Shown: positions 30,825 to 39,238 of the stretch, piece after piece
How positions within the stretch are numbered: the stretch's first letter is position 1
How the letters are laid out: each line of letters begins with the position of its first letter
Assembly: GCA_963752475.1 (NCBI GenBank)
Contig: CAVVYR010000014.1
Coordinates: forward strand, 98,721-162,720
Source of the DNA: an uncultured Chloroflexia bacterium
GTDB lineage: Bacteria; Chloroflexota; Limnocylindria; Limnocylindrales; CSP1-4
Direction: 5' to 3'
Length of the DNA: 64,000 bases
Program-made: the position numbers and the translations under genes
Notes under the pieces: model-generated
What the model saw: the letters and a program-made list of their open reading frames with translations, nothing else
Database searches by the model: none
What the model was told of the DNA's origin: nothing

Positions 30825-33800
30825 TCATGGTGCGGCCGGACAGATGCGGCGATAGGGGCACCAGTCACAGGCGGGATAGCCAGGCGTGGCTTCGAACTCG
30901 CCGCTGCGGATACCGCTCGCGGCCTTGGCCACCTTCTTGCGGGCACCATCCAGCTGGCGGACCGTTGGCGTGACCTGCCCGACCACACCACTCTCGAGGA
31001 AGTGCAGCTCCACGGACGACGGTCCCTGACCGTGATCAGCTTCCCAGGCCAGCGCGTATAGCTGCAACTGCAGTGAGGTGCGTGCTCGCTGACGGGCTCG
31101 AGCCGGGTCGCGCATGTCTCCCGACTTGTAGTCCGTGATGATCACGTCCTCCCCCGTCTGGCGGACGGCGTCGTAGCGGCCACGCACTCGGTCCCGGCCG
31201 ATGCGCACCGAGAACGACTGCTCCACAGCCACGATGCGGTCCTCCGCCCGAGTGCTCTCTTGGGCGAAGCGAGCCAATGCCGCCGCGCCCGAGGCGAAGC
31301 GTGCTGCCTCGTGTTCCTGCGAGAGGAACCCCTCGCTGCGCCAATGCGCCTCCAGCGTCTCCTCCAGACGTCGAGGATCGACCGACTCACCCCGCATGCG
31401 CTGGGCGTTGCCGACGGCCACCGCCTGGTGCAGGGCGTTGCCGAAGATGAGCGCGTGATGCGCTGGTGTCGGGACCCGGACCTGGTGCCGCAGTCGGTAC
31501 TTGAGCGGACACGTGAGGTAGTCGTCGATCTGGCTGAAGCTGAGCTCGAGCGGGCTTCCTGCCCTCGGCTTGCTCGCGACCGATGGCGTGATCGTGGCTT
31601 CCGTCGCCACCTCGAGGGCTCGCAACGACGCTTCGCCAGGCTGGCTCTCCACCTCATGGCCGAGGGCCTCAGCGATGAATGGCGAAGGACGGCGTGATCG
31701 GCCACCCTCTCGTCCGGCCGCGGCGTGGCTGATGATGAGTTCGTCGCGTGCTCTGGTGACGGCCACGTAGAACAGGCGACGTTCCTCCGCCCGATGCAGA
31801 TCGGGATCGCCCGCTCCCGGATGTCCGGTCAACGCCGGCGGGAGCGAGAGCACGTCAGGTCGCGCCCGAACGGGGAAGCGACCATCGGCAGCGCCCACGA
31901 GGTAGACGAGCGAGAACTCGAGGCCCTTGGCCTGATGGACCGTCAGGACGGACACCGCACCGTCGAGATCGTCAGCGTCAGGAGCGACCGGATCGTGACC
32001 TGCATCCACGAGCGCACCCAGGGCCGGCGCGACGGATGCGACCCGTGGGTCGGCGACCAGATCCGCCTGCTCCTGTACCAGCTCGAACAGCCGAGCCACA
32101 CGCCGCAGCGGGCCATCGTCGCCACGCTCCGCATCCGCGACCAGACGCTTGAGCCAACCACTGCGGCCGAGATGCTCGTAGAGGATCAGAGGTGCCGGAC
32201 GCTCGTGGGCCTCCGCGATCGAGCCCCGTAGCTCTTCGACGACTCGTCCCAGGCGACGCCGGGTCCTCTCAGCGAGGCGCAGCACGCCTGGCTGCTCCAC
32301 GAGCTCGGTGATGACCGACCACAGGCTTCGGCGTCGTCGATCGGCGTACTCGCAGATGGCCGTGAGATCCTCTCCGCCGAGCCCATAGGCCGGGGTGGTC
32401 AACACCGCGTACAGCTCCTCGGATCGTTCGGGTGCTCCGATCACGCGGAGAAGGCTGAGGACATCACGCACCTCCCGGTGCGCCATCAGGCCCGATGCCC
32501 CTGAGAACCGCCGACGGACGCCGAGCTGGTCGAGGCTCGCCAGGATGGGCTTGGCATCCGCGTTGGTACGGACCAGCACGGCCACCGACTCCGGGGCCAG
32601 GCCGCGCTCCACCCGCTGGGCGATATCCGCGGCTACGGCATCCGCCTCGTCGACCGGTGTCCGATACAGCTGATGGGTGACCATCGCCGGGCGGCGTGAG
32701 CGACGGACGGCCGTCAGCGTCTTGTCCAGCCCTCGACTGATCTCGAGCCGGTCCGGGTCGTTGTGACGGATGAGCCGTCGAGCAGCCTCCAGGATCGGCT
32801 TGCGCGAGCGGTAGTTCCGCCGCAGCACGACATCCTTCACGGGACCGTAGTCCTCGTCGAGGCCGGCGAGCCCCTGTCCCACGGCACCGCGGAACGAATA
32901 GATGGCCTGGTCGTCATCACCCACGAACATGACGTTGCCGCCGTGTCCGACCAGCAGGCGTACCAGGCGCAACTGCTGTGGGTTGGCATCCTGCGCTTCA
33001 TCCACGACGACGTAGTGGAAGCGGCGCCGGAGGGCTTGGCGTACCGCCGGTCGCTCATCGAGCAGCCGCACGGCCTCCGCCACCTGATCACCGTGGTCGA
33101 CAAGCGAACGCTCGGCGAGCAGGCGCTGGTACACCTCATAGGCGCGACCGAGCTCCCCGGTGGAAGCGGCCTCGTCGAGCAGACCCTCGAGCATCTCCCG
33201 TGCGGCCTGATCCTCGACGCCGGCCATCGCGGCGCGGCCGCCTGCCTCCAGCTCGGCGGCATAGGCCTTGAGGTCATCCGAGGCAAGGCCTTCCTCCTTG
33301 GCTCGACCGAAGAGGTCGACGAGGGCGCCGACGAACCTGGTGGGGTCGCCCAGCGGCCGGTAGCGCTCCAGTCCGAGGTCGAAGATGTGGTCGCGCAGTA
33401 GCACGATGGCTTGCGAGCGGCCGATGACGCGAGGATCATCCGCCCGACCGATGGCATGACCGTGCTCGCGCAGCATCCAGTCGCCGAAGGCGTGGAACGT
33501 ATGGATGGCCGTGTCAGCCTGTCCGTACGGCACCAGCAGGTCCACGCGGGCCTCCATCTCATCCGCGGCCCGCTCCGTGAACGTCAGTGCCAGGATCTCC
33601 GAGGGCCGCGCGCGCTTGCTCGCGATGAGCCATGCCACCCGCCGCGTGATGACCTCCGTCTTGCCGGTGCCGGGCCCAGCCACGACGAGGAGAGGTCCGT
33701 CTCCGTGCGTGACCGCTTGCCGCTGCCGACGGTCAAGGCCGCGCAGGAGCTCGCGCACCTCATCGATGGGCACCGGGGCCTCATTCGACGGGTGGAGCGT

Positions 33801-33842
33801 GGCCGGGGGAACGCGTGTGGCTGGTGTGCGGATGGCTGTCAT
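30825..33842 (-). CDS. UvrD/SF1 helicase fused to PD-(D/E)XK nuclease with Fe-S staple (AdnAB/AddAB-like single chain)
   Basis: AGPGTGKT, TFT, DEAQD, GDDDQAIY.FRGA, NYRS, TVHQAKGLEF, EERRLFYVAVTRA; C-terminal 'SFSQIDDYLTCP', DYKSG, QLQLY, CDWCPYRRIC. Confidence 0.92.
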   Translation of the reverse strand: MTAIRTPATRVPPATLHPSNEAPVPIDEVRELLRGLDRRQRQAVTHGDGPLLVVAGPGTGKTEVITRRVAWLIASKRARPSEILALTFTERAADEMEARVDLLVPYGQADTAIHTFHAFGDWMLREHGHAIGRADDPRVIGRSQAIVLLRDHIFDLGLERYRPLGDPTRFVGALVDLFGRAKEEGLASDDLKAYAAELEAGGRAAMAGVEDQAAREMLEGLLDEAASTGELGRAYEVYQRLLAERSLVDHGDQVAEAVRLLDERPAVRQALRRRFHYVVVDEAQDANPQQLRLVRLLVGHGGNVMFVGDDDQAIYSFRGAVGQGLAGLDEDYGPVKDVVLRRNYRSRKPILEAARRLIRHNDPDRLEISRGLDKTLTAVRRSRRPAMVTHQLYRTPVDEADAVAADIAQRVERGLAPESVAVLVRTNADAKPILASLDQLGVRRRFSGASGLMAHREVRDVLSLLRVIGAPERSEELYAVLTTPAYGLGGEDLTAICEYADRRRRSLWSVITELVEQPGVLRLAERTRRRLGRVVEELRGSIAEAHERPAPLILYEHLGRSGWLKRLVADAERGDDGPLRRVARLFELVQEQADLVADPRVASVAPALGALVDAGHDPVAPDADDLDGAVSVLTVHQAKGLEFSLVYLVGAADGRFPVRARPDVLSLPPALTGHPGAGDPDLHRAEERRLFYVAVTRARDELIISHAAAGREGGRSRRPSPFIAEALGHEVESQPGEASLRALEVATEATITPSVASKPRAGSPLELSFSQIDDYLTCPLKYRLRHQVRVPTPAHHALIFGNALHQAVAVGNAQRMRGESVDPRRLEETLEAHWRSEGFLSQEHEAARFASGAAALARFAQESTRAEDRIVAVEQSFSVRIGRDRVRGRYDAVRQTGEDVIITDYKSGDMRDPARARQRARTSLQLQLYALAWEADHGQGPSSVELHFLESGVVGQVTPTVRQLDGARKKVAKAASGIRSGEFEATPGYPACDWCPYRRICPAAP

Positions 33843-33881
33843 CGGGGCTCACGTTGGAGCCCGCCCGTGACAGCTACCGTG

Positions 33882-34370
33882 TCACACGGTGGGCGTGATG
33901 CCGGCGTCCTGTAGCGCCCGTGCCTCTTCGTCCGACAGCGGCGCATCGGCCACGCCACGCCGGATGGCCTTGACGTAGACGCGCGTGGTCGGCCGTGAGT
34001 GCAGGCTGGAGATCACGATGCCGTCGCCGTCGTCATCGACCAGGGCCAGGGCGAACGACTGGGCACCGCCGGCATCTTCGAAGGCATCGAAGCGGATGAG
34101 CCCGATGCGCGAGATGGCAGCTGTACCGCGAGGCAGCGGACTGGCGTTGACGCGCGGTGCGACTTCGCCGCCGGTGCGCGCGGCATCCACGTCCGCCTCG
34201 ACGGCATCCATGCGCTGGAGCAACTGGGCAAGATGGCGTTCGAGATCGGCCGTGCGGGCGCTACCTGGCGACAGGTCGGTCGGCCGCCGCTCGCCGCGCA
34301 CCACCAGCACGACGGCCGCGATGGCCACGATGAGCGCCGCGAGGGCCAGGATGACCGTGAGTCCCTCCAT
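33882..34370 (-). CDS. DUF4446-family membrane-anchored protein
   Basis: N-terminal TM; 'RFDAFED.GG.QSFALAL.D..GDG.VISSLHSR..TRVY.K', 'LSDEE..AL'. Confidence 0.85.
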   Translation of the reverse strand: MEGLTVILALAALIVAIAAVVLVVRGERRPTDLSPGSARTADLERHLAQLLQRMDAVEADVDAARTGGEVAPRVNASPLPRGTAAISRIGLIRFDAFEDAGGAQSFALALVDDDGDGIVISSLHSRPTTRVYVKAIRRGVADAPLSDEEARALQDAGITPTV

Positions 34371-34462
34371 GCACCGATCGTAGCGGGCGCTCGACGGCGC
34401 CGTGCGGCGACTCGATGCTATCCTCGTCGCTGGTTCCCACACCAACTCGACGAGGAGATCAC

Positions 34463-34891
34463 GTGGCCAAGCGGACTCGAGCCAGCCGCTCCGCACGCCG
34501 CCCCGGCGGCCAGGGGCCCAGCCGGACCAAGAAGACCGGCGCTGAGCAGAGTTCGGCGACTCCGCCGGAGTCCCAGGTCAGCAGCGCCGAGGACATCGGC
34601 GCCAGCTACCAGGAGGTCGGGGTCGATGAGGTCGCCGCTGCCGCTGTGGCCGCCACCGCCAAGCCGGCTCCGAGCGAGGAAGGGCTCACCGGTCGCCGCG
34701 CGCGAAGAAGGTCCCGTGGTCGCTCAGCCAAGAAGAAGGGTCAGGAGGATCTGGCCTCGCGGGCCGCCGCGGAGACCGTCTGGGTTCGCGAGGACCTGCG
34801 GCGCATCGGTATCGTCTCGATCGTGCTCATCGCGGCGCTCGCGGTCGCCTACGTCGTCTTCGGCATGCTGGACGTGCTCAGCCTCTACTAG
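34463..34891 (+). CDS. hypothetical protein, basic disordered N-terminus with C-terminal TM helix
   Basis: GTG start after SD GAGGAG; TGcTATCCT extended -10 at 34416-34424. Confidence 0.7.
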   Translation: MAKRTRASRSARRPGGQGPSRTKKTGAEQSSATPPESQVSSAEDIGASYQEVGVDEVAAAAVAATAKPAPSEEGLTGRRARRRSRGRSAKKKGQEDLASRAAAETVWVREDLRRIGIVSIVLIAALAVAYVVFGMLDVLSLY

Positions 34892-34966
34892 CGAGCAACG
34901 CCGCTCGAATCAGAACGACCGGGTCGAGGACGACCCGGTCGCTTGCGTTCCAGGACCTGTCGCGGT

Positions 34967-35245
34967 TCAGCCCGGCATCTTCGACTTCAGCACCTTCGCG
35001 CGCAGCCAGCCCCACACCGCAAGCACGATGATGGCGCCGACGAACAGGCCGATCACCGACCAGATCGAGAGCTGGAGCATGTCGACGCTCCGGAGCAGGT
35101 TGACCAGAAAGCCCCCCACGAAGGCACCGATGAAACCGGCGACGAACAGCTCCCAGTTCTCGAAGTGCTGGTTCCTGCCGACCACCATGTTGGCCACGAA
35201 GCCGAGGACAAGGGGAATGAGGACGAGCGCGATGACGAAGAACAA
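34967..35245 (-). CDS. GlsB/YeaQ/YmgE (transglycosylase-associated) small membrane protein
   Basis: Three TM helices, 'GFIGAFVGG', 'VGAIIVLAVW'. Confidence 0.7.
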   Translation of the reverse strand: MFFVIALVLIPLVLGFVANMVVGRNQHFENWELFVAGFIGAFVGGFLVNLLRSVDMLQLSIWSVIGLFVGAIIVLAVWGWLRAKVLKSKMPG

Positions 35246-35371
35246 TGTGGGCTCCAGGTTCGGTCGGGTGTCTGGCCCAGAGTCTAACCGTCAAGTCGGC
35301 GTTGGTCTGCATCCGACCACGCATCGTGCCGGGGATGGACGCCCCGGCGCGTGAGGGCGATACTCCAGCGC

Positions 35372-35830
35372 ATGGACCGCTCGATCTGGCTCTCGCTGCT
35401 GGCTCTCGGGCTGGGGATCGCCCTGCTCCTGGGCATTCGCGCTGGGATGGACGGGGCCGACTACCTGCGTGGTGCCGCCCTGGCATCCGAGATCGAGGCT
35501 CTGCAGGGGGCGCCCTCGTCGCAGGAACTCATGACCCGCACGACCGAGGCGGCCGGCTGCCTCTACGGCTTCCAGCCCCCGATCCTCACCTGCTGGTACG
35601 CCTGGGCGCAACCGGAGCGGCCCGAGTTCCTGGCGATCATCGCCCAGCGCATCATGGACGACTCCGGGGGCTCGGCGCTGGGCTATGCCTTGGCGGCCTT
35701 GCCCTTCGCCCTCCTGGCGCTCCTCTCTGGATGGAAGGCCACCCGCAAGCAGCAGGTGTTCCGGCCGAGCCTTCTGGCCCAGCAGGCCAGGATGGAGCCG
35801 CCGTCCACCGAAGGTCGTCTCGTTCGCTGA
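35372..35830 (+). CDS. hypothetical 2-TM membrane protein
   Basis: N- and C-terminal hydrophobic helices; GC3-rich codons. Confidence 0.65.
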   Translation: MDRSIWLSLLALGLGIALLLGIRAGMDGADYLRGAALASEIEALQGAPSSQELMTRTTEAAGCLYGFQPPILTCWYAWAQPERPEFLAIIAQRIMDDSGGSALGYALAALPFALLALLSGWKATRKQQVFRPSLLAQQARMEPPSTEGRLVR

Positions 35831-35841
35831 TCGCGCCCGGC

Positions 35842-36027
35842 TCAGCCGGAGATGCGGATGTCGTCCTCGTCGCGGCCACGTCCGCCGAGCCAGTTCCCGA
35901 CGAGCAGCAGCGCCAGCACGATGACGAAGCCTGTGGCAGCTCCCACGAGGAACTGGTCGAACAGCAGCAAACCGGCGACCAACCCGATGGCGGTGCCGAC
36001 GACGAGCCACACGATGCCCATTGGCAT
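35842..36027 (-). CDS. small 2-TM membrane protein, hypothetical (61 aa)
   Basis: SD GGAAGGGG 8 nt before ATG; TATCCT -10 at 36061-36066; two hydrophobic helices. Confidence 0.65.
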   Translation of the reverse strand: MPMGIVWLVVGTAIGLVAGLLLFDQFLVGAATGFVIVLALLLVGNWLGGRGRDEDDIRISG

Positions 36028-36187
36028 GGTGATCACCCCTTCCTACGGGTCGAGGCACTCAGGATAGATCTCCAGCGCCTCGACGGCAGGCCGCGCGGAC
36101 GCCATCCTCGAGCGACCCCGGGGACAAGAACCTGATCGGCTATCGCGGTGAGCTCGCGATGGCGGTGGACGCCCGCCCCGCCGTGCT

Positions 36188-36405
36188 GAGGTGTCCATGC
36201 CTACCCGCTACGTCGCGACTCGCCCGTCGGCATCGGTCTAGCGACCTCGTCACGGACGCGGCCGGCGACTTTCGATCGGGACCCTCGGCCCTTGCCATGT
36301 CGGTGCGGTGTCGGGGACCCTTGAACCGTGTTCGGTCTAGGCAACCACCTTCGAAACCTTGTGACAGCCCACTTGTCAGCACGCTCAGGCGCGATGGACA
36401 TCCTC
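36188..36405 (+). ncRNA. candidate structured RNA (6S-like or cis-regulatory leader)
   Basis: Long-range closing stem GAG-GTGTCCAT-GCCT / AGGC-gcg-ATGGACAT-c-CTC over 218 nt, inner pairing TCGGCATCG/CGGTGTCGG, CCTTGAACC motif, next to rarA. Confidence 0.3.
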
Positions 36406-36540
36406 GACGACGTCTGGCTGCCCAAGTGGCTCGACCGTCGTTGGGGTGTCTCCGCGAGGCGGGATCGGCGCCGACTCGCCCGTAGCGAGGGCGCGAGCAG
36501 ACGCGAGCCGGTGGGCAAGGACGCGACCGAGGACTGGTAG
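36394..36540 (+). CDS. candidate small protein (48 aa, MDILDDVWLPKWLDRRW...)
   Basis: GC3-biased codons; its stop runs directly into a hairpin; no clear SD. Confidence 0.4.
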   Translation: MDILDDVWLPKWLDRRWGVSARRDRRRLARSEGASRREPVGKDATEDW

Positions 36541-36576
36541 CGCACCAGCCGACTCCCTTGAGCTTGCCGGTGCGCT
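36539..36576. terminator. hairpin between the small ORF and convergent rarA
   Basis: AGCGCACC ... GGTGCGCT inverted repeat. Confidence 0.45.
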
Positions 36577-36586
36577 TGTCGTAGGC

Positions 36587-37966
36587 CTAGCCTTTCCTCC
36601 GTGCTCCCCTTCTCCGCTGTTCCATGAGCGCGTCCATCCGCTCGCGGATGCGCAGTTCCCAGCCCTGGTCCGAGGGCTCGTAGTAGCGACGCCCGACTAG
36701 ATCGTCAGGCAGACCCTGCTGCTCCACGTCGGCGCCTTCGTAGTCGTGAGCGTTCTTGTAGCCGACTCCGATGCCGTGGTGCTTCATGCGGCGATGGGCG
36801 GCGTTCTGCAGGTGCTTGGGCACCGGCAGCGAACCGTGCTGGCGTACGTCGCTCATCGCCTCCCAGTAGGCGGCGCCGGAGCGGTTCGACTTCGGGGCCG
36901 TGGCGAGATAGACGGTGGCCTGTGCCAACGCGTACTGGCACTCGGGCAATCCCACCCAGTCCACGGCCTGAGCCGCGGCCATCGCGATCTGCAGCGCCCG
37001 CGGGTCTGCGTTGCCCACGTCCTCCGAGGCAGAGATGATCAGCCGTCGGGCGATGAACTTGGGATCTTCCCCCGCCGCCACCATCGTGGCCAACCAGTAC
37101 AGCGCGGCATCGGGGTCGTTGCCACGGATCGACTTGATGAAGGCCGAGACCGTCGAGTAGTGCCCATCCCCGGCTCGGTCATAGGCCAGCACGCGCTGCT
37201 GAGCCGCTGACTCGATGTCCTCCAGGCTGGGGCTGATCGGGCCCTTCGCCTCAGGGTCGTCCGCGCCGGCCATCGAGGCTGCCGACTCCAGGATGTTGAG
37301 CACCGAGCGGGCATCCCCAGCCGAGATGGCGATGAGGTGCTCCCGCGCATCCGCGTCGAGCTCGACTCGACTACCGAAGCCCCGGTCCTCGGTCAGCGCT
37401 CGTTCCACGATGAGCCCGAGCTCGTCGTCCGACAGCGACTCGAGCCGGAACACGCGCAGTCGCGAGAGCAAGGCTGAGTTGACCTCGAAGTACGGGTTCT
37501 CCGTGGTCGCGCCGATGAGCGTGACCACGCCCTCCTCGACGTGTGGCAGCAACGCATCCTGCTGCGCCTTGTTGAAGCGGTGGATCTCGTCGATGAAGAG
37601 GACGGTGGAACCGCCGCCCTGCTCGGCCCAGCCGCGCGCCTGCGCCACGACCGCGCGCACATCCTTCACGCCGCTCGACGTTGCCGAAAGCGTGTCCATG
37701 GGCGCCTCGACCGCCTCGGCCAGCAGTCGTGCCAGCGTGGTCTTGCCCACACCCGGCGGTCCCCACAGCACCATCGAGACCAGCCGGCCACGCTCGACCA
37801 TGCGCCGCAACGCACCCCGTTCGCCGATCAGCGGCTCCTGCCCGACGACCTCCTCGATACTCGACGGACGCAGACGCGCCGCGAGCGGCATGTGACCGAT
37901 CTCCGTGGCCACGGGCAGGGTCTCGGCGCGCACGGCGCCGGGACGATCAGGGGTGGTCGGTGGCAT
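36587..37966 (-). CDS. rarA: replication-associated recombination protein A (RarA/MgsA)
   Basis: PLAARLRP, WGPPGVGKTT, FIDEIHRFNKAQQDALLP, ATTENP, SAFIKSIRG, ASEDVGNADP, APKSN. Confidence 0.97.
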   Translation of the reverse strand: MPPTTPDRPGAVRAETLPVATEIGHMPLAARLRPSSIEEVVGQEPLIGERGALRRMVERGRLVSMVLWGPPGVGKTTLARLLAEAVEAPMDTLSATSSGVKDVRAVVAQARGWAEQGGGSTVLFIDEIHRFNKAQQDALLPHVEEGVVTLIGATTENPYFEVNSALLSRLRVFRLESLSDDELGLIVERALTEDRGFGSRVELDADAREHLIAISAGDARSVLNILESAASMAGADDPEAKGPISPSLEDIESAAQQRVLAYDRAGDGHYSTVSAFIKSIRGNDPDAALYWLATMVAAGEDPKFIARRLIISASEDVGNADPRALQIAMAAAQAVDWVGLPECQYALAQATVYLATAPKSNRSGAAYWEAMSDVRQHGSLPVPKHLQNAAHRRMKHHGIGVGYKNAHDYEGADVEQQGLPDDLVGRRYYEPSDQGWELRIRERMDALMEQRRRGARRKG

Positions 37967-38041
37967 CCGCTGAGTCTAGAGCGCCGCACTCCACTGGCGA
38001 TTACCATCTAGGCACCGGATCCGACCAATCCCCCGTCCGCC

Positions 38042-39238
38042 ATGCCCACGCCCAGCGAGGAGTCTCCCGTGCCACCGCAGCATCTCCGAATCCCAGGCCC
38101 GACACCCCTGCCCGACGCCGTTCGCGAGGCCGGCTCCGAGCAGATGGTCGGGCACCGCACCGAGGACTTCATGGAGCTCGTGGCGCGCTGCTCCGGCGGT
38201 ATGCAGCCGTACTTCCAGACGACGAGCGACGTGATGATCCTGACGTCGTCCGGCACGGGTGGGCTCGAAGCGGCGGTGGTCAGCTTCCTCTCCCCCGGCG
38301 ACGCCGTGCTGACGGTCAGCATCGGCAACTTCGGGGAGCGCTTCGGCAAGATCGCCAAGGCCTATGGCGCCGACGTCACGATGCTCGAGTTCGACTGGGG
38401 CCAGGCGGCCGACCCAGATGTGGTCCGCGACGCCATCCAGGACATGATCGCCACCAGCCTCGGCGGGCGCACTCCGGCCGCCGTGCAGGTCACCTACAAC
38501 GAGACGTCGACCGGCGTGATGAACCCGCTGCCGCGTTTGGCCGAGGTCATCCGCTCGGAGGTCCCGGACACGCTCATCCTCGTCGATGGTGTGAGCGCCG
38601 TCGGGGCCGTGCCCATGGAGATGGACGCCTGGGACCTGGACGTCGTCGTCACCGGTGCGCAGAAGGCCTGGATGATCCCGCCCGGCCTGGCCATGGCTGC
38701 CGCCTCCGACCGCGCCTGGGCCGCCGCTGAGACCGCCACCATGCCGCGCTTCTACTTCGACCTGGTCAAGCACCGCGACGCCATCCCCAAGGGCCAGACG
38801 CCGTGGACCCCGGCCGTGGGCATCTTCTTCCAGCTTGCCGCCGCGCTCGACATCATGGAAGCCGAGGGCCGGGAGAACATCTACGCCCGCCATGCTGCCG
38901 CCGGTGCCGCCGCGCGTGCCGGCCTGACCGCCATGGGCTTCGACCTCTTCGCCGATCCGGCACACGCCTCCAACACCGTGACCTCGGCGCTGGTGCCCGA
39001 GGGGCTGGAGTGGTCCGCCCTGAACGAGCAGCTCAGAGCCAATGGCCTTCAGCTGGCCGGAGGCCAGGGCAAGATGAAGGGCAAGATCTTCCGCATCGGC
39101 CACCTCGGGGATGCCACCGTCGACGACATCGTCACGGCCATCGAGATCATCGAGCGGGGCACCGTCGCCATCGGCCGTCCGGTCGAGCCGGGTGCCGGTC
39201 CTGCGGCCGCCCGCAAGGCCGGGGAAGAGGCTGCCTGA
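38042..39238 (+). CDS. class V PLP aminotransferase (alanine-glyoxylate/serine-pyruvate type; probable phosphoserine aminotransferase)
   Basis: IPGPT, SGTGGLE, NETSTG, VDGVS, GAQKAW.IPPG, FRIGHLG; coupled to serA. Confidence 0.88.
   Translation: MPTPSEESPVPPQHLRIPGPTPLPDAVREAGSEQMVGHRTEDFMELVARCSGGMQPYFQTTSDVMILTSSGTGGLEAAVVSFLSPGDAVLTVSIGNFGERFGKIAKAYGADVTMLEFDWGQAADPDVVRDAIQDMIATSLGGRTPAAVQVTYNETSTGVMNPLPRLAEVIRSEVPDTLILVDGVSAVGAVPMEMDAWDLDVVVTGAQKAWMIPPGLAMAAASDRAWAAAETATMPRFYFDLVKHRDAIPKGQTPWTPAVGIFFQLAAALDIMEAEGRENIYARHAAAGAAARAGLTAMGFDLFADPAHASNTVTSALVPEGLEWSALNEQLRANGLQLAGGQGKMKGKIFRIGHLGDATVDDIVTAIEIIERGTVAIGRPVEPGAGPAAARKAGEEAA

Noticed and set aside
30825-33842. Cas4 or anti-phage defence helicase-nuclease
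   Set aside because: The Cys4 PD-(D/E)XK domain is fused to a UvrD motor in a housekeeping context with no defence genes; a repair role is simpler.
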